From the NCBI RefSeq assembly GCF_009914755.1, contig NC_060927.1: 64,000 nucleotides of DNA. One strand, given 5' to 3'. The translations under genes were made by a program, and so were the position numbers. This stretch comes from the human T2T-CHM13v2.0 reference genome, Homo sapiens. Of the stretch, positions 28,505 through 43,140 are shown in pieces (positions within the stretch are counted from its first letter, which is position 1; the number at the start of each line of letters is the position of its first letter). The notes below the pieces were generated by a model. It was not told where the DNA came from, did not search any database, and saw nothing but the letters and a program-made list of their open reading frames with translations.

Positions 28505-31500
28505 CCATATAACATTTACAATAGGTTTATCTAGTTCTGTGAAGAATGTCATGGGTATTTTGATAGAAATAGCATTGAGTCTGTAAATTGCTTTGGACAG
28601 TATTGCCATTTTAATGATATTTTAATCATCATTCTTTCAGTATGGCCATTTTAATGACATTTATTCTTCCTATCCATGAGCATAGAATGTTTTTCCATTT
28701 ATTTATATTACCTATAATTTATTTGAGCAGTGTTTTGTAATTCTCATTGTAGAGATCTTTAGCCTGCCTGGTTTGCAGTATTCCTAGATTATGTTGAACC
28801 AACCTTGCATCCTGGGGAAGAAAACCACTTGATTGTGATGGATCACCTTTTTGATGTGCTGCTAGATTCGGTTTTCCAGTATTTTATTCAGGATTTTCGC
28901 ATCGATGTTCATCAGGGATATTGGCCTAACATTTTTTTTTCTTTGTTGTATCTCTTCCAGGTTTTGCTATCAGAATGATGCTAACCTCATAAAATGAGTT
29001 ACAAAGGAGTCCCTCCTTTTTAATTTTTTGGGGAAGTTTCAGCATGAATTGGTATCTGCTCTTCTTTGTACCTCTGGTAGAATTCAGCTGTGAATCTATC
29101 TGGTCCTGTGCTTTTTTTCGGTTGGTAGGTTATGTATTACTGCCTTAATTTCAGAACATGTTATTGACCTATTCATGGATTCAATTTCCTCCTGTTTCAG
29201 TCTTGAGAGGGTGTATGTGTCCAGGAAATTTTCTATTTCTTCTAGATTTTCTAGTTTATGTGCATAGAGGTGTTCATAGTATTCTCTGGTGGTTATTTGC
29301 ATTTCTGTGTGGTCAGTGCTGATATGCACCTTATCATTTCTGATTGTGTTTATTTGATTCTTCTCTCTTTTTTTCTTTATTAGTCTAGCTAGTGGTCTAT
29401 TTTATTAATTTTTTGAAAAGCCATCTCCTGGATTCATTGATTTTTTGAAGGGTTTTTTTGTGTCTCTGTCCCCTTCAGTTTGGGTCTGATCTTGGTTATT
29501 TCTTGTCTTCTGCTAACTTTAAGATTTGCTTGCTCTTGGTTCTCTATTTTTTTTTAGTTGAGATGTTAGGTTGTTAATTTGAAATCTTTCTAACATTTTA
29601 AAGTGAGCATTTAGGGCTATAAATTTTGCTCTGTTAATACCGCTTTAGCTGCATCCCAGAGATTCTGGTACATTGTTTCCTTGTTCTCATAAATTTCAAA
29701 TAACTTCTTGATTTCTGCCTTAATTTCATTATTTACCCAAGATTCATTCAGGAGCAGGTTGTTCAATTTCTATGTAGTTGTGTGTTTTTCAGTTGATTTC
29801 TTAATCTTGAGTTCTAATTTGATTGTGCTGTGATCTGAGAGACTGTTTGCTATGATTTCAGTTCTTTTGCATTTGTGGAGGAGTGTTTTATTTTCATTTA
29901 TGTGATCAATTTTAGAGTAAGTGTTGTATGGCAATGAGAAGAATGTATATTCTGTTGGTTTTTTGGGTGAAGAGATCTGTAGATATCCATAAGGTTCTCT
30001 TGATCTAGAGCTGACTTCAGGTCCTGCATATCTGTTAATTATCTGTCTCAATGATCTGTCTAATACTGTCAGAGAGGTGTTAAAGTCTCCCAGTACTATT
30101 GTGTGGGAGGGAGTCTAAGTCTCTTTGAAGGTCCCTAAGAATTTGCTTTATGAATTTGGGTGCTCCTGTGTTGGGTTCATATATACTTAGAATAGTTAGG
30201 TCTTCTGTTGAATTGAAGCCTTTACTATTATGTAATGCCCCTCTTTGTTTTTTGTTTTTATCTTTGTTGGTTTAAAGTTTGTTTTGTCAGAAACTGAAAT
30301 TGCAACCCTTGCTCTTTTCTATTTTCCCCTTGCTTGGTAAATTGTCTCAATATCCTTATTTTGAGCCAATGTGTGTCTTTGCACATGAGATGGCTCTCTG
30401 GAAGACAGCATAGCAATGGGTTTTGGCTGTTTATCCAGCTTTCCATTCTGTGTCTTTTAATCAGGACATTTAGCCCATTTATACTTAAGGTTAGTACTGT
30501 AATGTGTGAATTTGATCCTGTCATCATGATGCTAAATGGTTATTTTGCAGACTTGTTTGTGTTGTTGCTTCATAGCTTCACTGGTCTGTGTACTTCAGTA
30601 TGTTTTGTAGTGGCTGGTAACAGTTTTTCATTTCATATTTAGTGCTTCCTTCAGGAGTTCTCGCAAGGCAGGCCAGATGGTGATGAATTCCCTCAGCATT
30701 TGCTTGTCTGGAAAGAGCTTTATTTCTCCTTTGCTAATGAAGCTTAGTTTGGCCAGATATGAAATTCTGGGTTGGAAATTATTCTCTTTAAAAATGTTGA
30801 ATATTGTACTCCAATCTCTTCTGGCTTATAGGGTTCCTGCTGAGTGGTCCACTGTTAGTCTGATGAGTTTCCATTTGCAGGTGACCTGGACTTTCTCTCT
30901 GACTGCTTTTTACATTTTTTCCTTGATTTTGACCTTGGAGAATCTGACGATTGCTTGTCTTGGGTTGATCTCTTGTGAAGTATCTTACTGCAGTTCTCTG
31001 TATTTCCTGAATTTTAATGTTGGCCTGTCTTGCTAGGTTGGAGAAGTTCTCCTGGATGATATCCTGAAGTATGTTTTCCAAATTCATTCCATTCTCCTCG
31101 TCTCCTTCAGGTACCCCAATCAGTCATAGAGTTGGTCTCTTTAAATAGTCTTATATTTCTTGGAGGTTTTATTCATTCGTTTTTATTATTTTCTCTCTAT
31201 TCTGGTCCGCTTGTCTTATTTCAGAAAGATAGTCTTCAAGTTCTGAGATTCCTTCCTCTGTTTGGTCTAGCCTGCTATTAATACTTGTAATTCCATTTTG
31301 AAGTTCTTGTATTGTGTTTTTTCAGCTCTATCAGGTCGGTTATGTTTTTTTCTACACTGACTATTTTGGCTGTCAGCTCTTGCATTGTTTTATCATGATT
31401 TTTAGCTTTTTTGCATTGGGCTACCACATGCTTCTTTAGCTCAGCGAGATTTGTTTTGATACACATTCTGAAGTCTACTTCTGTCATTTCAGCCACCTCA

Positions 31501-32567
31501 GCCTCAGTCCAGTTTTGAGCCCTTGCTGGAGAGGTGTTCCAGTCATTTGGAGAAAAAGGGGCACTCTGGCTTTTTGAGTTTTCAGCTTTTTTGCATTGAT
31601 TATTTTTTCATCTTTGTGGACTTATCTACCTTCAATCTTTGAGGTTGCTGACCTTTAGATGGAGTTTTTGTGGGATTTTTGTTGCTGTTTTCTGTTTGTT
31701 TATTTTGCTTTCAACAGTCTGCCCACTATCCACAGGGCTGCTGCAGTTTTCTGGGGTTCCACTCCAGACTCTAGTTGCCTCAGATTTTCCCATCTCTGGA
31801 GGTATCACCACTGAAGGCTGTGAAACAGTAAAGATGGCAGTCTGCCCCTTCCTCTGAAAGCTTCATCCCAGGAAAGTATTGACCTGTTGCCAGCACACTC
31901 CTTTCTTAAGAACTGAAATAATTATTCTCTCAATTGAGAATACTCTCTTCCACATTTTATTCCTCACAGCAAATAATATTTAACAATTCTTAGGTTTCAT
32001 AAGCGTCATACCATCAGTAAAAGTCAATCAAGCCACAAAAAAGGAAAATATCCACTTGCCAACAGTTTGACCATCCCTTTATGGGAGAATACCTTGTCTC
32101 TAATTAAAGACTATTTAAATGTAGTCATAGAAGAGCCAGGCTAAGAATCCTTCTGCACAGCGGGGAGAGACATGATTATAATTCCAAATAAATTTAGCCA
32201 TTTTTTTTGGTTTGTTTTTTGGGCTATGGCATGTGTTTCTGTTGACACCAATTAGCTCATAGCAATTGGTGAATAGTAGAACAGTATCAGTATACATTGA
32301 TTGTTGTGGTGGTTCATGTGAGATTTTTTTTTTTTTTTTAAGCAAGAGGAGCCAGAAGAGAGGGAACAGAATTACAACCTTTATCAGGAAATGAGATATC
32401 CCTCAGCTTGATGACTGCACAGGCAAGGAGGACTTTCATCTCTAATTTAAGAGGTCCCACCCAAAGGGCCTTTCCCCAATCTTTCAGGGCTTTCCTTTGC
32501 TCACAGTTCCACTTGCATCTGAATTTTCTTAGTGCCCACAAGCCAGCATTTTCATTCTGTTTGCAAA

Positions 32568-32770
<203 letters not shown>

Positions 32771-33689
32771 TTTATATCCCTTGAGGCATCTACTGCCTAT
32801 GCCATCCAAATTATTACCAAAGGCCCAAATTACTGTTCCTTTATGGGTCTGTAGAGAATGTTATATAGGTTTTAGTAGACTGCCCAAAATGACTTTTCCA
32901 TAAGCCCTGTTATTTCTAGTGTGTGAATTGGCAGAAAGCAAGCTCTTTTGCATATTTCATGTTGTGGCAGAATACTCTTATTGCTAAAAGGAATTCTGTG
33001 GCTAATGAGGAGTAAATTAATAATTTAAGTATAGATAAAATAAAGTGATTCAATAAATTTAATGAAATAATAATTGTACTTTCATAGCAGAACTATGTGT
33101 TAATATAATCAACTCAAAAGACAGTTTGTAATGAAATAAATTGTTTTATTTAATGAGTTATGGCCTATGTTTAACTTCAAAAAATATATAAATATTTTAT
33201 AAATATATATAAAGTACACACTGCCCTCTCAATTTTAGTCTGTTTCTCTGCTTCTATGACTATTATGTGATCTATAACACAAGGTCACAAGGCCAGTGTA
33301 TGGCCCCATCAGCCACTGGCTACTTTAAACATCATACATTTTGAGTTGTAGGAATAAAATGATAATCATTGGCCATTTTTCATAATAACTTGTTTCTCCT
33401 CTGGATCAGAACTCTTGATTACTGAAAATTATCTTATTCTAGTGTAAGACAGTTATCCTCAATGTGAGAGAATTATGGTAAAATAAAAAGGTGAAATCTG
33501 AATAATAAGTGCTGTGATAGTTAATTTTAGGTGTCAACTCGACTGGATTAAGGCATACCTGGAGAAGTGGTAAAGTATTACTTCTATGTGTGTCTGTGAT
33601 GGGGAAGATCTGTCTTCAATGTGGGCAGGTACCATCCAATCAGCTGGGGGCCAGGTTGGAACAAAAAGGCAGAGAAATGGTGAATCTCC

Positions 33690-33696
33690 TCTCTCT

Positions 33697-33739
<43 letters not shown>
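33690..33739. repeat. (CT)n microsatellite
   Basis: Read directly from the sequence. Confidence 0.9.
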
Positions 33740-33745
<6 letters not shown>

Positions 33746-34015
33746 CTGGGGAGCTGGTACTCTGTTCTCTTGCCCTTGGACGTCAGAACTCCAGGCTTTC
33801 TGGGCTTTGGACTCCAGAAGCTAGAGCAGCAGCCTCCCTGTTTTTCAGTCCTTTCTCCTTTTACTAATAATTACACCATCAGCTTTCCTAGTTCTGAGGT
33901 TTTCACACTTGGACTGAGCCATGCTTAGCATCCCACGGTCTCCAACTTGCAGAAAGCCTGTTATGGGACTTCTCAGTCAAATAATCACGAGTCAATTTCC
34001 CTAATAAATCCTTTC

Positions 34016-34016
<1 letters not shown>

Positions 34017-34060
<44 letters not shown>

Positions 34061-34072
34061 ATCTATCCATCT
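34017..34072. repeat. (TATC)n / GATA tetranucleotide microsatellite, about 11 perfect units
   Basis: Read directly from the sequence. Confidence 0.92.
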
Positions 34073-34275
34073 ATCCCTCCATCCCATTGGTTCTGTCTTT
34101 CTGGAGTACCTATACTAATGTAGGCATCAAAAAGCCTAGCTTACCCCACTGGTAGCATCTTTGGAATAAAAGGAAATAATGGGGGAAATATGGTAAGGTC
34201 TTATCATGTTGTGAAAGACTTACTTTGGGAACAGAAGTGAAACTGCTTAAAGAGGGACTAAAAATTGTGTGGACC

Positions 34276-34570
<295 letters not shown>

Positions 34571-35012
34571 AACCTTGTGGACCTTTTATCCAAAGAGTTT
34601 TGAAAATAAGCTGTAGTTACCTAAATAAAAAACACTGTTACTTACAGCAGTTAAATGAAATGTTTACATGTCTTACTGATAACAAATTTGAAATAAAGTT
34701 GAGACCAATATGATTCCTGCCTTAATAACTCTGGATGGCATGAATCATGGCACTCACATTAGTTCCCCTTGATAATGGAATATTTGTTATTTTCATTTAT
34801 TAGTCCTTTTTGCCTCCCAAGGTTCCTTTTGAAAGCTTTATTTGCCAGCAATAAAAAGGAATAAAATATATGATAAAAGTAGACAGATTATTAAGGAAAC
34901 TCAAGAACAAAAGATCTTTTTTTAGCAAAAATAATTGCTATCACTTAGACTATAAACAAAAAGATCTTCTCTGTTTCCCATGGTCCCTCCCACTTGATGA
35001 CGAATTGAATTA

Positions 35013-35827
<815 letters not shown>

Positions 35828-37004
35828 ACATATATGTTCAACTTTGTTTCTAAAAAGAAAGCTCTTCTCAATTTTTATTAGTAAAATAGAATTTAGAAGT
35901 AACAGTTAAGTTGGTTTATACATAACAGGGGTATTAAATTCTTTCTATAAATACAAATACATTTCTGCAAGTAAACAGTAAACTGTTCTTGGTAGGATAA
36001 AGGTGACTTATGGAAATAAATTAAACTTTCCAGAGGCCATAGTTTGATAACACAAAATTTAACAATGACACCATTTCAGTTAAGAATTTGTGTAGATATG
36101 TGGATTGTTGCATCTGAATCTTATTATGGACATTATTTATATTATTATGAATTTACATCTTAAAAACTAAACTAGACTTCTGGTTTCTATTTTATTTATC
36201 AAGATTATATCTAATTTACTGGATCAAACTTCAAGCACCCCTCCTTCCAAAGTTGCAGCTTGAGTATCAATTTCTATCTTATAATACTGTGAGAAACACC
36301 TTCAGTACTCAAATACATATGAGACCAGAAGAAAAAATAGGTGGTAATAGATGAGGAGTGGGAAGAGCAAAAAGGTAGAACAGAGAGTATTCCTCTATGT
36401 TTTCTCAAAACTGATAGACCTAGAAGAGCCAAAACAATTTTAAAAATAAGAAAAAACGATTGAAGTTATACTTTATTTCCAAGTTACAGTAATCAAGATG
36501 TGGAATTAGCATAAGAATGGGTGTAATAAATATCAGTGGAACAGAATTGACAGTGAGAAATAAAACCACACATAAATTGTCAATTGATATGTGATAATGG
36601 TGCAAGGTAATTTAATGGAAAAATTACAGTCTTTTCAACAAATGTGTCAGGAACATTTGGACATGCATATTGTTTTCCCATGATCCCCTACAAAATGAAG
36701 CCCCACCTTTTCCTCACGCCACATGTAAAAATTAACTCAAAATAAATCATAAGCCTAAACATAAAAACCAAAACTATGCAATTTTAAATAAAATATATAG
36801 GAGAAAAGTCTCTGTAAACCTTGAGTTAGACAAAGATTACTTAGTACATGTGATCTTTAATTTTTCTGTGTTAATTTGCTTAGTATATGGTGAATACGGT
36901 TAGTTGTTTGGTCAAACACGAGTCTCAATGTTTCTATAAAGATGCGTTTTAGACGTGATTAACATTTACAATCCGTGGGCTTTAAGTAAAGAAGATTACT
37001 CTTC

Positions 37005-37389
37005 TGTAGCAGTCCATTTTCACACTGTTATAAAGAAATACCCAGGACTGGGTAATTTTTAAAGGAAAAAAGTTTAACTGACTCACAGTTCTGCATGGCT
37101 GGGGAGGCCTCAGGAAACTTACAATCATGTCAGAGGGTGAAGCAGGAACCTTGTTGATAGGGTGGCAGGACAGAGAACAAGAATGAAGGAAGAACTTCCA
37201 AACACTTACAAAGCCATCAGATCTCATGAAAACTCTCTCACTCTCATGAGAACATCATGGGGGAAATTGCCTCCATGATTCAATCACCTCCCTCCCTCAA
37301 CACGTGGGGATTACAGGTCCCTCCTTCGACAGGTGGGGACTAAAATTTGAGATGAGATTTGGGTAGGGACACAGAGCCAAACTGTATCA
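37005..37389 (-). mobile_element. THE1D/MSTA-like MaLR solo LTR
   Basis: TGTAGCAGTCCATTTTCACACTG...GGGACACAGAGCCAAACTGTATCA; TSD TCTTC / CCTTC. Confidence 0.88.
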
Positions 37390-37508
37390 CCTTCATCATG
37401 AGGGTCAGCCTCAAAGAGTCAGTTGAAAGCCTTAAGAACAAAGGCTGTAGTTTCCCAAAGCTGGAGTTCTGTCTCCAGACTGCAACATAGAAATTATGCC
37501 TGAGTTTC

Positions 37509-38332
37509 ACCAACAGTGTAAAAGTGTTCCTATTTCTCCATATCCTCTCCAGCACTTGTTGTTTCCTGACTTTTTAATGTTCACCATTCTAACTGGTGTG
37601 AGATGGTATCTCATTGTGGTTTTGATTTGCATTTCTGTGGTGGCCAGTGATGATGAGCATTTTTTCATGTGTCTTTTGGCTGCATAAATGTCTTCTTTTG
37701 AGAAGTGTTTACACTGTTGGTGGGACTGTAAACTAGTTTAACCATTGTGGAAGTCAGTGAGGCAATTCCTCAGGGATCCAGAACTAGAAATACCACTTGA
37801 CCCAGCCATCCCATTACTGGGTATATACCCAAAGGATTATAAATCATGCTGCTATAAAGACACATGCACACGTATGTTTACTGCGGCATTATTCACAATA
37901 GCAAAGACTTGGAAGCAAACCAAATGTCCAACAGTGATAGACTGGATTAAGAAAACATGGCACATATACACCATGGAATACTATGCAGCCATAAAAATGA
38001 TGAGTTCATGTTCTTTGTAGGGACATGGATGAAGCTGGAAACCATCATTCTCAGCAAACTATCACAAGGACAAAAAACCAAACACCACATGTTCTCACTC
38101 ATAGGTGGGAATTGCACAGTGACAACACATGGACACAGGAAGGGGAACATCACACACTGGGGCATGTTGTGACGTGGGGGGAGTGGGGAGGGATAGCATT
38201 AGGAGATATACCTAATGTTAAATGACGAGTTAATTGGTGCAGCACACCAACATGGCACATGTATACATATGTAACAAACCTGCACGTTGTGCACATGTAC
38301 CCTAAAACTTAAAGTATAATTTTAAAAAAAAA
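37509..38332 (+). mobile_element. 5'-truncated, 5'-inverted L1PA4-like element (inverted 37509-37707; sense 37708-38332)
   Basis: L1PA 3'UTR and polyA; 20-bp TSD AGAAATTATGCC[T/G]GAGTTTC (37489-37508 and 38333-38352). Confidence 0.93.
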
Positions 38333-38383
38333 AGAAATTATGCCGGAGTTTCCAGCCTTTGAACTCAAGACCACAACATCAAC

Positions 38384-38885
38384 TTTTTTTTTATTGTGGC
38401 AAAAAACATGTAAGATCTACTCTATTAAATTTTTAAGTGAACAGCACAGTATTTTTAACTGTAAGCACAACGTAGCACAGCAGATCTCTAGAACTTTTCC
38501 ATCTTGCCTGACACAATCTATACCCATTGAATAGCAACCCCTCATTTCCCCCTACCTTAGCCACTGGTAACCTCTAGTCCATTTTCTGCTTCAATGAGGA
38601 TGAGTTTGACTATTTTAGATATCTCATATAAGATAAATCAAGTAGTATATTTCCTTCTGTGACTGGCTAATTTTACTCAACATAATGTCTCCCCGGATCA
38701 CTTATGTTATAGCAAATGACAGAATCTACATTTTAATGGCTGAATAATAGTCCATTATATGTATGTACCACATTTTTTTAATCTATTCATCCATTGGTGG
38801 AAATTTAGGTTATTGTCACCTGTGGGCTATTGTGTCATTGTGAATAGTGCAGCAGTAAATGTGGGAGTGCAAATATCTCTTGAAT
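38384..38885 (-). mobile_element. L1MA9/10-like 3' end
   Basis: TTTTTATTGTGG...CAGCAGATCTCTAGAAC...GAGTTTGACTATTTTAGAT...GGAGTGCAAATATCTCTTGA. Confidence 0.82.
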
Positions 38886-39869
38886 ATGCAGCTTCCAGCT
38901 TGCCCTATGCATGTTAGACTTCCCAGCCCCCACAGCCACAATTCTATAAAATAAATAGTGCCAATTCTATAAAACAAATCTCTTTCTATGTATACACAGA
39001 TAGATATAGAGATATAGATATTGATACATAGACATTCTGTTGGCACTGGAGAATGCTAACTAATATAATGTACAAAATACATTGACAAGAAAATGAAAAG
39101 ACAAATCACAGACTAGGAGAAAATTCTTCTAAAAGCATATCTGATAAAATACCTAAATATATGTGAGCAATTTTAAAATTCCATTTTAAGAAGAGAAACA
39201 ATCCAAGAATTGGCAAAAATTTGAACAGACACCTCACAAAAGAATACATATGGATGGCCAATATGGATTGCAACAAGAACATTAAAAGGTGCTCAGCATG
39301 ATTAGTCACTAGATAAATAAAAATTAAAATCACATTGATGTGCATTTTTACACCTAAATGAATGGCTAAAATTAAAAATCTGACAAAACCAAGTGCTGAT
39401 AAAAATTTGGAGCAACTAGAGCATTTATACATAGTTTTTGAAAATGTAAATGGCATGACCATTTTGGAAAACAATTTGCAATGTCTTATAATATTGAACA
39501 TGAACTTATTGTATGACCCAGAAATCCTACTGTTACCAAGGAAATTAAAAACATATGTCAACACAATGACCTGCAAATAAATACTTTAGCATATATATAT
39601 ATATATACACATATATATATAAACTGGAACAATCCTTAATATCCTTCACCTAGTAAATGGATAAATATGTTGTAGTATGTCCATAGAATAAAATACTATT
39701 GAGAAGTAAAAATCAACCAACCACTGATACATGGAAAAACAACAATTTTAAAGGCATTATACTGAATGAAATTAACAGGAAAGAAAAGCCTACATTCAGA
39801 ATGATTTCATATATAAGATATTCTGGAAAAGGCAAAAATCACTGATACAGAGATCAGAGAAGGAGATAA

Positions 39870-40164
<295 letters not shown>

Positions 40165-40893
40165 AAAGAGAGGATTTTGATGGGATATAACTATTCTATA
40201 CTTTGAATGTAATAGCCAGTATTATTCCATTCTAGATATTTGTCAAAACTCATTGAGCTACATAATCAAAAGGCATAAATCTTTCCTTAAAATTATGCTC
40301 CAATAAATTTGACTTTAAAATAAAATGACAAATGAAAGATATCTGATTCATCAAAAAATTTCTACAAATGTAGTTCCAAATAAAAGTTAAAATTGAAATT
40401 AGGAACAAGTGCGAATGCTGTCTTATCTTACCAATAACAAACATAAGTGTTTTTCTTCCTGGAAAGTGAATATTTGTAGCATTGAGATTCAACTTTTTAT
40501 AAAACTAAAAATCAATTTGATCATATCTTTGGGAGCTTGCTCCTCTACCTCATATTCATACTCAATGTCCCTGATGATTTTGGACAAAGAAATAAAAATT
40601 AAGTTCAAATAACATGGCAATTGAAAATGTTAATTTTAAAGAACTGGTATTTAAGGAAAATGGATTTTAAAAACACTCATAGATAGAAAGCAAGAGAGAA
40701 AAAATACAATATACAGACTTTTTATTAAATGTAGACAAAAGCTGAAATCAAAGGACAACAACAAAAGAGGTTCAATTTTTAACTTTGATGTTTCCACAAG
40801 ATAATCAGTAGAAAAAAGGATAAACAACAAAAATATTAGTGTGCCAGGAAATCTATGTTAAATAAAGAACATTTGATTTTATTTAAGATGTAC

Positions 40894-41256
40894 AAATAAA
40901 TCTCAAACACAGTTGGATATTTGTGTTGTGATTTTTCTATTTGTTTAGATTTTATGTATAGGAATATAAAACTGAAATTTAAAATTAAAAAATGTGTTGT
41001 GGCTAGTAGTATGAGAAGTGCAGTTTGATAGAATTTGTTTCTTATTTCATTTGTTCATGTCTCACTTTCTGTGACACCTTGAAATAGATTTACTTTCTGT
41101 AGTTATCAACAATTCTAGCATTTTACTCATAATGGCTGGGTGCGGTGTCTCATGCCTGTAATCCCAGCACTTTGGTAGTCAATGTGAGAAGATCACTTGA
41201 GGCCAGGAGTTTGAAACCAGCCTGGGCAGCGTGGCAAAACCCTGTCTCTACAAAAA

Positions 41257-41295
<39 letters not shown>

Positions 41296-41719
41296 ATGAA
41301 TGAATACAAAAATTTCCTGGGCGTGGTGGTGCACACCTGTGGTCCCAGCTACTCCAGGGGCTGAGATGGAAGAATCACTTGAGCTTTGGAAGCTGAGGCC
41401 ACAGTGAGCCTGGATCTTGCTACTGTGCTCTAGCCTAAGCTACAGAGTGAGGCCCTGTCTCAATAAATAAATTAATAAATAGATAAATATTAAATGCAGT
41501 TGGACATTTGTATAGTGTTTTTTCTGTTTTTTTTAGATTTCATGTATAGGAATATAAAATTGAAATTTAAAGTTAAAAAGAAATTGTTTTTTGTGGTTAG
41601 CAGTATGAAAAGCACAGTTTGATATAATTCGTTTCTTATTTGCTCAGATCTCAGTTTCTGTGATATCTTGAAATAGATTTACTTTCTGCAGTAATCAACA
41701 ATTCTAGCATTTTATTCAT
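40894..41719 (+). repeat. ~240-bp imperfect direct repeat (40894-41130 and 41481-41719) flanking an Alu
   Basis: Shared collinear blocks CAGTTGGA.ATTTG, ATGTATAGGAATATAAAA, CAGTTTGATA, CTTGAAATAGATTTACTTTCTG, ATCAACAATTCTAGCATTTTA.TCAT. Confidence 0.93.
41134..41480 (+). mobile_element. AluJ-like with (AAAT)n expanded middle linker
   Basis: GGCTGGGTGCGGTG...GAGGCCAGGAGTTTG...(AAAT)n 41254-41297...GAATCACTTGAG. Confidence 0.92.
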
Positions 41720-42801
41720 GTAAATTCTCCCTCCAATAAACTCCCATGTTTGGGATTACTGAAAAACATAAAGATAACTTCATAATCATATCCAATAACA
41801 TTGTACCCTGAGCTCCCTATCAATGTATTTTACTTACGATCAAAATATTAGTCCTACTTATTGTACTAAATACATGTGATGGGATTTTAATGGAATTAAA
41901 CAATTTGAGAGTTGAAATAGATATCAGTCCATTATGTCTATGTATTCACATACATTATTTTACATTGTTATAAAGGGATGTATTGAACTTATTTTTCTCC
42001 ACCTTCATTTTCCAGGTTCGCTCATGACATATATGACAATTTTGGACTCCCTACTACACATTCTAATGCAAAACTGAAATTATTTATTAATGAAAATATT
42101 TATTTTGCCTTATTTATTACATTCTAAACACATTATGATATAATATTAGGCTTTATGTCGACATTTTGAACAGTATGATTTCAATCCCATAATCTTTAGT
42201 GTTCTCCTACATATTTATGCTATCTTTTTCTCTAACAGTGTTAAATGTTAAAATGTTTTAATTGATTACAGTGTTTAATTTTATTACAGTGTTTTGATTT
42301 TTAAAAATTAAAACTTATAAACCAAATTTTTAAATCTATCTTTTTAGTTTTAATTTATTTCGATGACTTTAGATTAATGAAATGCAACAAAGCAAAACCA
42401 GCTCCAACCTTTGTATTCCCTACCTGATTGATGTCAGCACCATAATTTTAATCATGTTTATTGTATTTTTTTGGAGTCTTATGTCTAAAGGTAACTAAGC
42501 TCTGAGGACTTCTGTCAACCAAAGTTTCATATACACATTTTCTTTACCCTCACTGTCTCAGTCCTAGTTCAAGCCCATGTTAACTCCCATTTGGAAAACA
42601 AATAATGTCACAATTGTTCTCTTTGCTGAATCTGACTCTGATGATGGAACATCTTCTACCTTCTGACTTTTTGGATTATTCATCTACTAAAAAATTATTT
42701 ATTACTATTAATATTTAAAGAAATTGCATCTAAACCACTTTGTATGTTACACAAAGTCCTCATACATGCATATCCATGATATGTTTAAATGTATCCTTCC
42801 T

Positions 42802-43108
42802 AGTTAGGGATGGTGGCTGGTGGCTCTCACCTGTAATCCCAGCACTTTAGGAGACTGAGGCAGGCAGATCACTTGAGGCTGGGAGTCCAAGGCCAGCCTG
42901 GGCAACATGATGAAACTCCACCTCTACTAAAAAATACAAAAATTATCTGGGCAGTGGCACATTCCTGTAATCCCAGCTACCTGGGTGGCTGAGGCATGAG
43001 AATCGCTTGAGCCTGGGAGGCCTAGGTTGCACTGAGCCAAGATCTTGCTACTGCACCCTAGCCTGCATGACAGAACAAGACTCCGTCTCTAAATAAATAA
43101 ATAAAAAT
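42802..43108 (+). mobile_element. Alu (S/J)
   Basis: Dimeric Alu; TSD AAATGTATCC[T/C]TCCT (42787-42801 and 43109-43123). Confidence 0.92.
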
Positions 43109-43140
43109 AAATGTATCCCTCCTTTCCGATGATCACCTGG

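Larger units (their letters stand above)
33513..34122 (+). mobile_element. MLT2B-like ERVL solo LTR containing (CT)n and (TATC)n
   Basis: TGTGATAGTTAATTTTAGGTGTCAACTCGACTGGATTAAGG...CCCTAATAAATC...ATTGGTTCTGTCTTTCTGGAG. Confidence 0.88.
36849..39067 (+). mobile_element. MLT2C/D-like ERVL LTR in four pieces
   Basis: TGTGATCTTTAATTTT...TTTGGTCAAACAC...GTGATTAACATTTACAATC; CAGTTGAAAGCCTTAAGAACAAAGGCTG; GACTTCCCAGCCCCCACA...CTGGAGAATGCTAACTAATATA. Confidence 0.8.
36410..39860 (+). mobile_element. Old L1M ORF2/3' region, split by the MLT2 nest (L1 parts 36410-36848 and 39068-39860)
   Basis: CAGTAATCAAGATGTGG...CAGTCTTTTCAACAAATG...AAAATTAACTCAAAAT; resumes AAAATGAAAAGACAAATCACAGACTAGGAGAAAAT. 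Confidence 0.8.

Noticed and set aside
32325-32565. T-run followed by unique sequence, suggesting a minus-strand retrocopy
   Set aside because: No TSD, no clear polyA signal and no recognisable protein.
39106-39576. 156-aa hydrophobic ORF
   Set aside because: Antisense of A-rich L1M sequence; the hydrophobicity is compositional.
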